64,000 nucleotides of DNA. Origin: Mobula hypostoma. Its lineage: Eukaryota. The stretch's first letter is position 1, and every line of letters begins with the position of its first letter. Below are positions 38,741 to 53,030 of the stretch, one piece after another. Below the pieces are notes generated by a model that had not been told where the DNA came from, searched no databases, and saw only the letters and a list, made by a program, of their open reading frames with translations. The translations under genes and the position numbers were made by a program. Where the stretch lies: positions 47,866,001 to 47,930,000 of the forward strand of contig NC_086108.1 of the NCBI RefSeq assembly GCF_963921235.1, read 5' to 3'.

Positions 38741-39639
38741 TATTTTTAATCCTCTTCCCAATCACCAACTGAATCAAGCCATCACTTTGATTGGCTAAGA
38801 TCTCAATCCTGAAACTCAAGAATGCCAGCTCTTCGTTGCCCTGAAAACTTTAATTCCTTCACTCTCTGGTTGCTCAACGCTTTAGCTTCTGATTGTTTCA
38901 ATGAATCCAATTCATCTAGTCCTGTACCCTTGAAAGTCTCCTATGAAGTCCTGATCCTCTGATCACCAGAATAATCATGAAAGGTCAGTAGTCGTGCTGA
39001 TTTCTGACAGTCTCCCACTTCCCTAAATCCTCCAGAACTGGCCTGGGTCCAGGGTAGCATATTTTCACTTGTGCGGTCTGCAGTACAGAAGGAAAAGGTA
39101 CAACAATGATTTATCAATGCCCAAAGTATTAGCTTTTATCAAGGTTTGTAGTGATCAGCTCAAGAGGGACTGGCCTAGATCTTTGCTCTTATCTTTCTCT
39201 TGCTGTTAGGGGTTTACAGTATATTCTCACAAGGTGGTGACACAAGAGTTTCTGCAGATGCTGGGAATCTTAAACAACACACACAAAATGCACACACATG
39301 ACTGGTGAAGGACGCGGTCTGAAACGTCGACTGTTCATTTCCCTTCATAGATGCTGTTTGACCTGCTGAGTTCCTCCAGCATTTTGTGTATTGTTCCAAC
39401 AATGTGATTTTCTTTTTGTTTGCTCCTCAATTTAACTCATATAATGGCACTTGTTTTTCATTTCCAAACACATTCCTTCTCACAGCAGTAATTGTCTCCT
39501 TTACCAATGTTGCTACCTCTCCTGTTTTTGAATAAGCTCTGTTAATCACCTGAATCCCCATGAACAGCATTTTTCAGCCACTATCCAACCCACCTTTAAC
39601 CCATATTTCTTTAATATTCACATGTCTAACTCAGCCTTC

Positions 39640-40158
39640 AGATCAGAATCAGAATCAGGTTTATTATCACTGGCATGGGTTGTGAAATTTGTTAACTTAG
39701 TAACAGCAGTTCAATGCAATACATAATCTAGCAGAGAGAAAAAAAATGCATAAAACAATAATAAATAAAAAAGTAAATCAATTATATATAGTGAATAGAT
39801 TTTTTAAAATGTGCAAAAACAGAAATACTGTGTATTAAAATAAGTGACTTAATGTCCAAGGGTTCAATGTCCATTTAGGAATCGGATGGAAGAGGGAAAG
39901 AAGCTGTTTCTGAATCACTGAGTGTGTACCTTCAGGCTTCTGTACCTCCTACCTGATGGTAACAGTGAGAAAAGGGCATGTTGTGCGTGCTGGAGGTCCT
40001 TAATAATGAACGCTGCCTTTCTGAGACACTGCTCCCCAAAGATGTCCTGGGTGCTTTGTAGGCTAGTGCCCAAGACGGAACTGACTAGATTTACAACCAT
40101 CTGCAGCTTCTTTCGGTGCTGTGCCAAAGCCCCTCCATACCAAACAGTGATGCAGACC
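39640..40158 (-). mobile_element. Rex1/Babar-like LINE 3' part
   Basis: CITVWYGG...RKKLQ.VV...HALFSLLPSGRRYRSL; (GATTCT)n tail. Confidence 0.85.
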
Positions 40159-41252
40159 CTTGTAGCCTTTATAGCCAGATCCCTTGAATTAAAGTATATT
40201 GCCTTGCCTAAAAAGCTTTTTCTTCCTCCCATTCCTTGCTTCCTCTATGTCCAAAACTCATTCATCAAGCCTCCTATTAAACCTTAATAATAAGATTAAT
40301 AATAATTATTAATAAAATTAATAAGAGCTTATTAAACCTCTGCCTACCACATCCAATATTCTCGCTCTCTCCTGAAACTGCTGTAGGGTTCCCTTCCCTA
40401 AGTGTAAGTCTTGTTGTATAGAGAATGATACATGCTCTGACTGAATTCCAAGCCATTGGAGTCTTTTCTCCGGATTACCATATACTTCAGTTTTACCTGG
40501 GTTCTTTAAAGCCAAAGCCAATCTAATCATCTTTTGATGTCCAGGGCAGTCACTCTCACCTCTATAATTCAGCTTTTCTTTTTCCACCATGTTTGTCTCA
40601 AGTTGCCATTGAGGTCCAAAGCCAATGAGTTGACACGACAAAGCCAAACTGCATTAATGAATAGATTATTGGTATGAAATAACACTTAGCACAATCACTG
40701 ATAACACCTTTCAGCATCTTGCTAATGATTGATGGCAAAGTGATGGGATGATAATTAGACAGATCTGCCCTGCTCTCATTCACAATACTTTACAATTTAG
40801 GCAGCCAGACTGCTGGATTGATTATTGGACTGGTAAGGTTAATCTATTAGATGTTTATTCCAGAATTATGCTCTGTGCCAATGCATTTGCCTGCAGTGAA
40901 ACAACTACTATTCTAATAGTTTCCATGGGAGGTTTATCAGCAACAAGTACAGTATATATGTGAAGATGTAACCAAGTATGCATATAGGTAATTTTAACCT
41001 CACCACCCTGCCCAAAACTGAAGTGAATTGTTCAGCCTTCAATGGAAAGTAAAACTTAGCTGGAGTGTAAGATGGATGGACAATGTGATCTGGTCACTGC
41101 TGAAGGTTTAAATTACTCCCAAAAACCATATAATCAACATTAATAAATGCCTAGAGACATATTGTGACCCTTACAAAGCAGAAATACAAAGGTAGTAATC
41201 TCTGGATTATTACATGCTATATCGATAGTGAGCAAACAAGATTAGAGCAATA

Positions 41253-41428
41253 GCACACATAGAGAATGCTGGAGGAACTCAGCAGGTCAGGCAGCAACCA
41301 TGGAAATGAACAGTCGACCTTCCGGGCCAAGACCTGGATGCGTAATGGATGCTGCCTGACCTGCTGAGTTCCTCCACCATTTTGTGTGTGCTGCTTTGGA
41401 TTTCCAGCATCTGCAGAATTTCTTGTGT
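41253..41428. mobile_element. Palindromic Penelope pseudo-LTR remnant
   Basis: Inverted 'ggaggaactcagcaggtcaggcagca' arms; candidate TSD TTAGAG(C/A)AATA at 41242-41252 and 41429-41439. Confidence 0.7.
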
Positions 41429-43509
41429 TTAGAGAAATAAATGCTTTGTTTAAAGATTGTAGGGGAGGAAAGGGTTCCCATTCATTGGCCACTGGCAGCA
41501 GTGTCAAGGGAGGGGAGAGCTGTTCCTTTGGGAGAGGGCTCATTCAAACATTGCTATGATTAGTTCCCTGCCGAACTGCATATCCGAGGTTATGGATCAG
41601 GAATTAAACTCATTAGTTGCTGGGGGTTGGGAGAGGAGAAATGGGAAGTTTAATAAGTCAAAAAGAAATGAAAGACCTGTGGTCCAGGGTAGCAAAGAAC
41701 GAAAATCAAAGCATGAGAGGAAAGGGCAGAAATGTGTATCAGAAATAGGGATGAGAATAAGTAACAATTATAAGGAGTTGGAGCTTAAGGCTCTATGTCT
41801 GAATGCGCACAGTACTTGTAACAAGATAAATGAGCTGACAGCTCAAATCAAAATAAACGAGTTTCATTCATCAGCTATTACAGAGCCACAGTTGCAGGGT
41901 AGCTAGGACTGCAAACTCAGTTCTCCAGGTTACTTGATGTTCCAAAAGTATCAGTAAAAAGGTGGGGATTAATCAGGAAGGTCAAGGAGTAGAAGAAAGA
42001 AGACATGGTATTGCCACATGGTAAGAGGGGTTGCCACACGATAAAATACAGCTTAAATGAGAAAATACTGAAGGTGTGTAAAATGGGAATTGCAATTATC
42101 AAAGGTGTCTTATTCAATTATTATTTGGACAATCAAACTAGCAAGAGTATTGTGGGATAGGAGCAGAAAGAGTGCATTGTAGATTGTAACTACAAACAAT
42201 TCATTAGGTAATATATCTAGGAACAGGCTGCTTTGGGTTTGGTGATGTGTAATGAGGTACGATTACTGAGAGATATTGTTGTTAAGATTTTGTAGGGATT
42301 AGAGATCAACAAAACTTTGAGAAATGGAGTTTAATATGAACGTATTCAGAGAAGGGACATGGCGACAAGATAAGGACTAGTCATTTAAAACTCTAATGCA
42401 TAATAATTTCTACATGTAGAAGCAGTGACTGGAATTCTCCATTCGAGAGGATTGTGGAGACTAGATACTGGAAGTATTTGAAGAGAAAGAAGAAAATTCT
42501 TTGAAAGATCAGGGAATTGAGAGCTGTCTGCAATTGACTCGAGAGGAGTTAAGGCCTAGAGCAGATCAACCACAATGATTTAGAATGCTGAGGCGGGCTT
42601 GAGGAGATGAATGCGTAGTCTTGCTTCTACAGATCTGTAGTTTCCTGTAGAATTGGCTCAGAAATCTTCCTTAATGCAGCTCAATTTTTACTGTTCTTTT
42701 TTTTCTCTTTTAGTTCAGAGTCACAATGGTGTTAGACTGACAGACAAATGTCAGTGGGGATGGAGTGGGGGGAGGGGGGTTGCTGGTGCAGATCCTGGCA
42801 CAAAAAGAATGGAATGATGGGGTTTAGCACGGGTTGGTCTGTGGTTTGTACTGGGTATTGGCAGTGTGGGGAGGAAGAACCCAGGGACAGGGAAGATGTA
42901 ATGTCTGTGTTACATTCAGGTTTCTATAGGTTTACAATGAACTATATTACATTGACAAAAGAGTTTGGAATTTAGCTTACAGAAATAAGAAACTACAGAT
43001 GCTGGAATCTGGAGCAAAAGTAGCATAATGATGGAGGAACTCAACAGGTCAGGCTTCATCTGTGGAAGGAAATGGACAGCCGACATTTCGAGTTGAGACC
43101 CTACAGGTGTTGTCTGACCCCAGTGAGTTGCTCCAGCATTTTTTTTATTTTGCATGGTATTTACCTTGTTGATCTTTTCCTGGTGCTGGCAGGTTTGAGA
43201 AGGAAAGGAAGCTTTCTATCCTGGCCTTGGATTAAGATGCCATCAACAGATTATCACAGAGAACTCTGCTGTTGTGCTAAGGTAAATCAGGACAGAAAAA
43301 GAGCTGGGAAGTCTCCTCTCCCACATTAGATCAGTGGGGGGTATTAAAATTGAGGTCACTTATTTGCAATTATGACCAGTTACTTAACATGTACAAAAAC
43401 TTATATTATTATATAAATTAACTGAATTGTTTGTTTCTGCGAAATACTTAATTGATGGAGAAATTGTTTGGGTCTCCATAGCAGGTTTAATATATGTTAT
43501 AGCTCTTTC

Positions 43510-43900
43510 TCAACACCTACAAAATGCTGGAGGAACTCAACAAGTCAAACAGCATCTATGGAGGGAAATAAAGAGTCAATGCTTTGGGCTGAGACCCTTA
43601 TTCAGGACTGGAAAGAGAGGGGTGGAAGCCAGAATAAGAACTTCACCCTCACCTATTCCAACCTCCCACCCTCTAAATGTCTCCCTTCCCACCATCCACC
43701 TGGTCTCACCTATCTCCCAACTCGTATTCCTCTTCCTCACCGCCAATTCATAGTCTGCCCCTTCCTTTCCCTTCTTGATGAATCATCTTGGTATAAAACA
43801 CCAAATGTTTATGCCCCTCCATGGATGCTATTTGGCCTGCTGAGTTCCTCTGACATTTTGTGTGTGTTGCCCATGATTTCTAGCATCTACAGAATTTCTT
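43510..43900. mobile_element. Inverted pair of decayed Penelope pseudo-LTR fragments
   Basis: Minus-sense head 43510-43640 and plus-sense tail 43650-43900 of the same pseudo-LTR. Confidence 0.6.
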
Positions 43901-44670
43901 GCCCAATTCTTTCTCTGTGCTTTGCAAGAGTAACGTACCACATGATAGCAACTTGCACCATGGGCCTGTGCCAAGTTTTGGCCCACTGTAAGTTGTTCCT
44001 TCCCAGTGATTGGCTACCACAATGTGTGGTTTCAGTAAAGTAATCTGCCTGTTGGAATATTCAGGAATTCATGAAAACGATGTGCCCTCAAGCAAATTTC
44101 CAGGCTTGCTCTTTGCTAAAGCCATTCATACAGAACAGAAAGGCATTCAGAGTAATTCTGCAGTCATGCAGTTTATATCATGCTAAAAGAATATTGCCAA
44201 TGTTCCAGAAAAAAATCTAAATCCATTGTGTCCTGCATCAACCAGCACAGAATTTTATTTGTTCTTGCTTCATTCTGCCAAAACAAATTAAAATAAGAGG
44301 AATGCCCAGCACTGAACAATATAAATAATCCTTGGCATCACCCAAACTCAGCTTGGCCATGCACATTAGTTTCTCCACTCTGGCTGATATGAAGCTGTTC
44401 TACTGATTTTATCTGTAGCTGTTTGAAAATGATTAACTGCTGGTTTATACCAGAATGAATAGGATGGTTCATGAAGTGGGCCTTATGGGACCATACACAT
44501 GTACTGTATATATATATATCAATCTCATTGTTCAATAAATGTCACATATGTGTTCAAGAATACCTCTTTCTTCAAGAAGTATTTTTGGCGCCTTGTTAAA
44601 CATATTTTATGCATCAGGAGCAGTTTTTGTTACTTGGTCAAGAAGTGATTTGTTGTTTCATGGTTTGCAG

Positions 44671-44821
44671 AGGAACTGTACGTGCCGAAGAATGAAAGTA
44701 TAGATTCTAGAATTTTGGGAATAAAGGAATTCCATCCGCTCAGTGATATCTCTGGGAGTCTATTGATATTTAGTCACATTGTTCCTTTCAGGTTGTGCGT
44801 TTTGAGCAGGGAGCATATGAG
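44671..44821 (+). CDS. Candidate internal exon of an unidentified gene
   Basis: Acceptor ttgttgtttcatggtttgcag|, donor GAG|gtggga. One open frame, ELYVPKNESIDSRILGIKEFHPLSDISGSLLIFSHIVPFRLCVLSREHM. No homology recognised. Confidence 0.25.
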
Positions 44822-46039
44822 GTGGGAAATCCAGGATCAAGGATCAAGATTCAATTTTATTTGCCTATATTAGGAATTTGCTGTAGTGTGTTGGCACGTG
44901 CAACAAAAATACAACAACATTCAACAATTATAAAGAATAACGAATTACTTAAAAATAAATCGGTTAAGTATAGCTATGGAATAAAATGTGCATAAATACA
45001 CCAATACCAGCACATATACACAATGTAAACAGCATTATAAAAAGTGGATTAAAATATTAACAGTGCATTGCAGTGACTGAGGTAATAGATGGCGGGGGAT
45101 TGATCAGATTAACTGCCTGGGGGAAGAAACTTTTACAAAAGTGTGAAGTTTGTGTTTTAGTAGCCCTATAGTGCTTTCCAGAAGGGACCTTTTGGAAAAG
45201 GCAGTTTGGAGGGTGGGAAGTATCAGCAATGATTTTTCCTGCTGTGTCTTTGTCTTGGTGACATACAAGTCCTGCAGTTGTTACTAAGCAAAAGAAGTCT
45301 CGTGAATTAATCTGCTTCAGCAATACTAAAATACAGAATATCATTTGGATTACGTAATCTCTAATATCTGCTGCGCTGAAGATTGTGCCTTATCACCATT
45401 GGGAGAGAAAGGGATGAATTGTTGAGGCAATTGTGTAGTCTTTGTATTGCAGACTTTGAACTTCAGCATGGAAGCCCAGTTGAGCTGGTTTCTCCAGAAG
45501 TGACGAGTCTCCGGTGATCACCATTTCAGCTGAGGCTGAGGGAGGCCTGATGGATGTTTATATGGTTATGAGAGACATAGAGGAGACAGCCTGTATCTTC
45601 CTTCCAGACTCAAAATGTCTAATACCAGAAGGCATGCATTTAAGGTGAGAGGAGTCAAAGGAAACATACAGGACAATTTTTTTTACACAGAGAGAGCAGT
45701 GGGTGTCAGAAATTTACTGTCTGAGGTAGTGTGGAGCAAACGTCAGAGGCTCTGAGGTAAACACATGGATGTGCAGAAAATAAAGGGATATAGTTTAGTT
45801 AGGAGTTTAATTACTAGGTTAATTAGTTCAACACAACATTATGGGCCAAAAGGGTCTGTTCCTGGGCGGTACTTTTCTATATTCTTTGTTCTATGTTCAT
45901 TTAGAATGGATAGATCTGGAGGCATGGTTATATAGGATGCGGAAGAGAGGGTAGCTGCTAGAAACTGGGGCAAAAAAATACACAGCTGACCTAATCTCAC
46001 TGGCTCTCCACTCAGCAAAACATACACTAGGCTGCCAGT

Positions 46040-47515
46040 TATTGATTACAGCTTGGTGTTCAACTCCACTACTAATCAACAAGTTTCATAACCTGGGCCT
46101 CTGTACTTCCTTCTGCAACTAGATCCTCGACTGCCTTATCAGGGGACCAGTCAGTGGAGATCAGTAATAACATCTGCTGCTCACTGACGATCAACACAGA
46201 ATACACGCTGAGCTCACTGCTCCACTCCCCTGCACTCAGGACCATGTGGATAAGCACTATACAAATGCCATTTATAAATCTGCAGATGTCAAAACAGTTG
46301 TTGGTAATGTCTCAGATGACAACAAGGAGCTGTGCAGGCGAGAGATAGATCTGCTGGTTGAGTGGTGTCACAACAACAATTTCACACTCAATGTCGGCAA
46401 GACCAAGCAATTGATTATGGCACTTCAGAAAAGGTGAGTCGGGAGAATGTGCATCAGTCCTCATTGACGGGACAGCAGTGGAAGGGGTGATCGACTTTAA
46501 GTTCCCGGTTGTCAGCATCTCTGAGGAACTACCCTAGGCCCAACGTATTGATGTAATCATAAAGACGGACACCAGCAGCTCTACTTCATTAAGAGTTTGA
46601 GGAGATTTGGTATATCCTTAATAACTCTTGCGAATTTCTACAGATGTACTTTGGAGAGCACTCTGACTGGCTGCACCACCACTTGTTATGGAGGCTCCAA
46701 TGCACAAGACGGCAAGATGCTGCAGGGATTTATAGACTCAGCTGTTTCAATGATAGGTACAACTCTGCTCACCAGGAGGCTGGCACCCATCATTGAGGAC
46801 CTTCACCAAATAGGACATGCCCTCTTCTCATTACTGCCATTGGGGAGGAGGTACAGGAACCCAATGACCCACACTTCACACAGAGTCTCCCCCTCCGTCA
46901 TCAGATTTCCGAGCGGTTCAGGAACCCACTACTACCTCATTATTCCTTTTTTTGCATGATTTATTTATTGCGCAGCTCATCACACAAACCAATCTTCCGT
47001 CCTTGGACTCACTTTACACCGCATGCTGTCGGAGCAGTGCTGCCAGGATAATCAAGGACACAACTCACCCAGCCAACACACTTTTCGTCCCTCTTCCCTC
47101 CGGGAGAAGGCTCAGGAGCTTGAAGACTCATATGGCCAGATTTGAGAACAGCTTCTTTCCAACTGTGATAAGACTGCTGAACGGATCCTGACCCGGATCT
47201 GGGCCGAACCCTCCAAATATCTGGACCTGCCTCTCGGTTTTTTTGCACTACCTTACTTTCCAATTTTCTATTTTCTAATTATGATTTATAATTTAAATTT
47301 TTAATATTTACTATCGATTTGTAATCCTGGGAGCGGGAAGCACAGAATCAAACATCGCTGTGATGATTGTACGTTCTAGTATCAATTGTTTGGCGACAAT
47401 AAATTATAAAGTATTTCAAAGTATTTCTGTAAATTTTTAGTAATTTTATGTATTTGTACTGTTGTAGCAAAACAAACATTTCATGTCATATGTATAAGAC
47501 TTGATTCTGATTCTG
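46040..47515 (+). mobile_element. Decayed Rex1/Babar LINE with a younger Rex1 3' fragment nested at about 46970-47412
   Basis: RT and C-terminal remnants; the nested piece is near-identical to 25526-26002. Confidence 0.8.
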
Positions 47516-48160
47516 AAAATCAATTAGGTCTTTTGTTTGCAGACAACTGTAAAGATTTTCTATCAAATTCTAGTTTAATTCTGTTCACCACACCTTGATT
47601 AATGGACTAGCTAAACTTAGACAATATCTGCCTTTCTAGAGCTTCCAGTATGTTTTAATAAATACTGTTCTTTAATCAGAGCATTTTAGATTAAATAAGA
47701 ATGATGTGTCCCAGAATATCTTTGTTGCTTGCTGACGTGATCTTTGCCTGAATACAGTATGTATGCACGATAGAGCTGTGAATGGAGGTAACCAGCCTAT
47801 GTAATATTCATTGCTTGAAGCAGGGAACAGTTCAGATGCCACCAGGAACCAATGGTTTTAAAATTGCCCTTGCTACACAGCATGTGAAGCACTAAAAGGT
47901 AAATTAGTGCAAAGTCATATTAGCACAAAATATTATTTTAAAGACGAAGTTTTGTTTTGAAGAATGTACTATTAGCAATTTAAAATGGCTCAGATGCAAT
48001 AAAGCTTTAAATTTTGAAAATTCTTTCTGAGTTGATACATTGGAGCAAGTGCATGGATTTTCGGTGTGTTCATATGCAATCTTCATCTTGCGGATAATCA
48101 TAAGAACAAGAGCATTGCTTCCCTAACACTTTGGATACAGTCTGGATATTTCCCTTGCAG

Positions 48161-48224
48161 AGGCTCAGAATGTGGATGCAACTCACACATTTTAGTTGTA
48201 TATCTGCTTTCTGGCAAAAATAGA
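48161..48224 (+). CDS. Candidate internal exon of an unidentified gene
   Basis: Acceptor atatttcccttgcag|, donor AGA|gtaaga. Open frame GSECGCNSHILVVYLLSGKNR, phase-compatible with 44671-44821 and 59209-59294. Confidence 0.2.
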
Positions 48225-48334
48225 GTAAGAGTAAAACAGTTATAATTATAGAAAGCAAAATTAAATAAATGGGGCAAAATCTGACTGGCAACTGCTTTAT
48301 AGAGTGAAATTGGGCGTAGTCTTGGGCCTATTTG

Positions 48335-48794
48335 GATCTTCGTTGTATTCATTGCAGAAAACTCTGCTTCGCAGCGATATGATGTTGGAAATGGAAGCAA
48401 CGTTTTCAGTGCTTCTGTGGCGATCTCAGGATATTCAGCCTTGACTTTGATCCAGAATGCCGGCAGAGATGTTATGTCAAACATACTTTTCAGCCCACCG
48501 TCATTTGCAAGCTCGAGGAGTTGATCTTTTTCCCGCGCAGACATGGAAGTTTCACCGGAAACATTCACAAATGGGTCACAGACCCATTCCTTTGCACATC
48601 TTGGGTCATTTGTGTCTTGGGTCACTGACGACCTCGTGTGCGTAATGACCTCGCGTGTGTTAAAGTTCAACAGTGGGCGTGACAGGGAATGAGGAAAGGT
48701 GCAGCTGACTCATATCGTTTTATATCGCCAAATCATACTGCTTCCTCGTGGCCCGGTAGCACATGCTTTGCGGCCCGGTGGTTGGGGACCACTG
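48335..48794 (-). mobile_element. hAT (Charlie/Buster-type) deletion derivative with dimerisation-domain remnant
   Basis: EWV.DPF...DQLLELANDGGLK..F...L..FWIKVKAEYPEIA..ALK.LLPFPTSY.CEA.FS; terminal CAGTGGTCCCCAACC at 48780-48794. Confidence 0.85.
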
Positions 48795-49903
48795 CTCTTT
48801 TGGACTATTTATGCATTTTAGTTTTAGTTATAACATAGTAACTTTTTATGTCTTGCAGTGTACTTCTGCCACAAAATAACACATTTCAAGATATAGTGAA
48901 AATAAAACTGATTCTGATTCTTATTAAAGACCCTTCATTACAAAAGGAGGCCATTCTAGCCACATTGGAATAAAATCACAAAAAGCTGGAAAACTTTAGT
49001 GGTCAGATAGCATCTGTGGAAAGAGAAATAGCCAAGCTCTCAGGTGGAAGACATTTTTTGGAACTTCTGCCTTTCTGTCTGACGGCTGGTTAATTTTTAT
49101 GTCGACCTTATGAGGCGTAGGTCAGAATAATGACAAGGTCAGAATCAGATTTGTTATCACTGACTTACTGTACACGACATGGAATTCGGTGTTTCGGTTT
49201 TTATTTGGATTTGTTCCTTTGAGGAGTGTCTTGTCTGGGCATATCTTTCACTAGGAAGCTCTCAGTTCTTTCTTGTCCTTTGGTGTAATAATAACTGGGC
49301 GCCAGGGCCAGATTAACCTAGCAGCAAAAGTAGCATATGCTATGGGCCCCGCCCACATTAAGTGCTTGCAAGCTGCAGTCTGGTGCGGCATCTCACTGTA
49401 TTCTCACGACTGTTAAGAGTGAGTTTTGGGTAGGTGATTCATTTACACTTAAATAAGTGACTTCAGCCAGCAGTCTTCTGTCCTTTGACAAAGTACTGTG
49501 GATTGAGTTCATAACAATGCATTTCCTAAAAGCTGTGAACCCAGTTTCATTTGTAACAATGCATCTCTGGCGCCTCTGAGATGAGAATGCTAAATTTACA
49601 GGTAGTTGCGAAGACACCATATCTATGCTTTTTGAATATGAATTGTCCTCTATGTTAGCACGTAACATACCAAATAATGTATCATGGATTTTAACTTGCA
49701 TTCCTAAAGACCATGAATGCCAGTTTAGGCATACATGCGCCGGTAGAATGAATTTAATCAAAAATGACGTGAAAAATTCAAAGAATTGTCTATACTTGTA
49801 ACTATGAACTGTCATAGAAACATAGAAAATAGGTGCAGGAGTAGGCCATTTGGCCCTTTGAGCCTGCACTGCCATTCAGTATGATCATGGCTGATCATCC
49901 AAC

Positions 49904-52501
49904 TCAGAACCCTGTACCAGCCTTCCCTCCATACCCCCTGATCCTTTTAGCCACAAGGGCCATATCTAACTCCCTCTTAAATATAGCCAACGAACTGGCC
50001 TCAACTGTTTCCTGTGGCAGGGAATTCCACAGATTCACCACTCTCTGTGTGAAGAAGTTTTTCCTAATCTCGGTCCTAAAAGGCTTCCCCTTTATCCTCA
50101 AACTGTGACCCCTCGTTCTGGACTTCCCCAACATCGGGAACAATCTTCCTGCATCCAGCCTGTCCAACCCCTTTAGGATTTTATATGTTTTAATAAGATC
50201 CCTCCTCAATCTTCTAAATTCCAACGAGTATAAGCCTAGTTCTTCCAGTCTTTCATCATATGAAAGTCCTGCCATCCCAGGAATCAATCTGGTGAACCTT
50301 CTTTGTACTCCCTCTATAGTAAGGATGTCTTTCCTCAGATTAGGGGACCAAAACTGCATACAATACTCCAGGTGTGGTCTCACCAAGGCCTTGTACAACT
50401 GCAGTAGTACCTTCCTGCTCCTGTACTCGAATCCTCTTGCTATAAGTGCCAGCATACCATTCGCCTTTTTCACTGCCTGCTGCCCCTGCATGCCCACTTT
50501 CAATGACTGGTGTACAATGACACCCAAGTCTTGTTGCACCTCCCCTTTTCCTAATCGGCCACCATTCAGATAATAATCTGTTTTCCTATTTTTGACACCA
50601 AAGTGGATAACTTCACATTTATCCACATTAAATTGCATCTGCCATGAACTTGCCCACTCACCTAATCTATCCAAGTCACCCTGCATCCTCTTAGCATCCT
50701 CCTCACAGCTAACACTGCCGCCCAGCATCGTGCCATCCGCAAACTTGGAGACGCTGCATTTAATTCCCTCATCCAAGTCATTAATATATATTGTAAACAA
50801 CTGGGGTCCCAGCACTGAGCCTTGTGGTACCCCACTAGTCACCGCTTGCCATTCTGAAAAGGTCCCGTTTATTCCCACTCTTTGCTTCCTGTCTGCCAAC
50901 CAATTCTCTATCCACATCAATACCTTACCCCCAATACTGTGTGCTTTAAGTTTGCACACTAATCTCCTGTGTGGGACCTTGTCAAAAGCCTTTTGAAAAT
51001 CCAAATATACCATATCCACTGGTTCTCCCCTATCCATTCTACTAGTTACATCCTCAAAAAATTCTATGAGATTCGTCAGACATGATTTTCCTTTCACAAA
51101 TCCATGCTGACTTTGTCCGATGATTTCACCGCTTTCCAAATGTGCTGTTATCACATCTTTGATAACTGACTCTAGCATATTTCCCACCACCGATGTTAGG
51201 CTAACCGGTCTATAATTCCCCGGTTTCTCTCTCCCTCCTTTTTTAAAAAGTGGGGTTACATTAGCCACCCTCCAATCCTCAGGAACAAGTCCAAAATCTA
51301 AAGAGTTTTGCAAAATTATCACGAATGCATCCACTATTTCTTGGGCTACTTCTTTAAGCACTCTGGGATGCAGACCATATGGCCCTGGGGATTTATCTGC
51401 CTTTAATCCCTTCAATTTACTTAACACCACTTCCCTACTAACATGTATTTCCCTCAGTTCCTCCATCTCACTGGACCCTCTGTCCCCTACTATTTCCGGA
51501 AGATTATTTATGTCCTCCTTAGTGAAGGCAGAAACAAAATAATTATTCAATTGATCTGCCATGTTCTTGCTCCCCATAATCAATTCACCTGTTTCTGTCT
51601 GTAGGGGACCTACATTTGTCTTAACCAATCTTTTTCTTTTCACATATCCATAAAAGCTTTTACAGTCAGTTTTTATGTTCTCTGCCAGTTTTCTCTCATA
51701 ATCTTTTTCCCCCTTCCTAATTAAGCCCTTTGTCCTCCTCTGCTGAACTCTGAATTTCTCCCAGTCCTCAGGTGAGCCACTTTTTCTGGCTAATTTGTAT
51801 GCTTCTTCTTTGGAATTGATACTATCCCTAATTTCCCTTGTCAGCCACGGGTGCACTACCCTCCTTGATTTATTCTTTTGCCAAACTGGGATGAACAATT
51901 GTTGTAGTTCATCCATGCGATCTTTAAATGCTTGCCATTTCATATCCACCGTCAACCCTCTAACTGTCATTTGCCAGTCTATCTTAGCTAATTCATGTTT
52001 CATACCTTCAAAGTTACCCATCTTTAAGTTCAGAACCTTTGTTTGTGAATTAACTATGTCAGTCTCCATTTTAATGAAGAATTCCACCATATTATGGTCA
52101 CTCTTACCCAAGGGGCCTCTCACGACAAGATTGCTAATTAACCCTTCCTCATTGCTCAATACCCAGTCTAGAATAGCCTGCTCTCTAGTTGGTTCCTTGA
52201 CATGTTGGTTCAAAAAAACCATCCTGCATACATTCCAAGAAATCCTCTTCCTCATTGCATTCCTACTCTCACTGTTGCGTGGCACAGGCAGTAATCCCGA
52301 GATTACTACCTTTGCGGTCCTTTTTCTCAACTCCCTTCCTAACTCCCTATATTCTCCTTTCAGGACCTCTTCCCTTTTCCTACCTATGTCATTGGTACCT
52401 ATATGTACTACGACCTCTGGCTCCTCTCCCTCCCACTTCAGGATATCTTGGACACGATCAGAAATATCCCGGACCCTGGCACCAGGGAGGCAAACTACCA
52501 T
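49904..52501 (-). pseudogene. CR1 ORF1-esterase/ORF2-RT in-frame fusion ORF (865 aa); RT motif is FADG
   Basis: N-terminus CLPGARV..VVHIGTND..VVISGLLP (SGNH) joined to APE C-terminus PTRE.AILD..SDH and a full RT; the catalytic FADD reads FADG. Confidence 0.85.
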
Positions 52502-52589
52502 CTGGGTCTCTGGACTGCGTCCACAGAATCGCCTATCTGACCCCCTTACTATCGAGTCCCTTATTACAACTGCCCTCCTCTTCCTTTCC

Positions 52590-53030
52590 CTACCCTTTTG
52601 AGCTACAGGGCCGGACTCTGTGCCGGAGGCATGGCCACTGTCGCTTCCCCCAGGTAAGCTGTCCCCCCCCAGCAGTACTCAAACAGGAGTACCTATTGTC
52701 AATGGGCACAGCCACCGGGGTACTCTCTATTACCTGGCTCTTCCCCTTCCCCCTCCTAACCGTGACCCACTGGTCAGCCTCCCGTGGCCCCGCTGTGACC
52801 ACCTGCCTGTAACTCCTCTCAATCAACTCCTCACTCTCCCTGACCAGACGAAGGTCATCGAGCTGTAGCTCCAGTTCCCTAACGCGGTCCCTTAGGAGCT
52901 GCATCTCGGCGCACCTGGCGCAGATGTGGCCGTCCGGGAGGCTTGGAGACTCCAGGGCCTCCCACATCCGGCACCAAGAACAACAAACTGCCCTCACACT
53001 CATACTGCCCCTCTCCTCAAATAACAACAA
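52590..53030 (-). pseudogene. CR1 ORF1 N-terminus (zinc finger/leucine zipper), frameshifted at a G-run
   Basis: CCSWCRMW...HICARC..QLLRDRVRELELQLDDL. Confidence 0.8.

Noticed and set aside
42714..42749. Exon after a strong polypyrimidine acceptor
   Set aside because: The only open frame would create TAG when joined to the next candidate exon, and the donors are weak.
49904..52501. 865-aa ORF as a domesticated host gene or active LINE
   Set aside because: It lies wholly in a CR1 copy nested in a hAT, the endonuclease is deleted, and the RT motif is FADG. Kept only as a curiosity.
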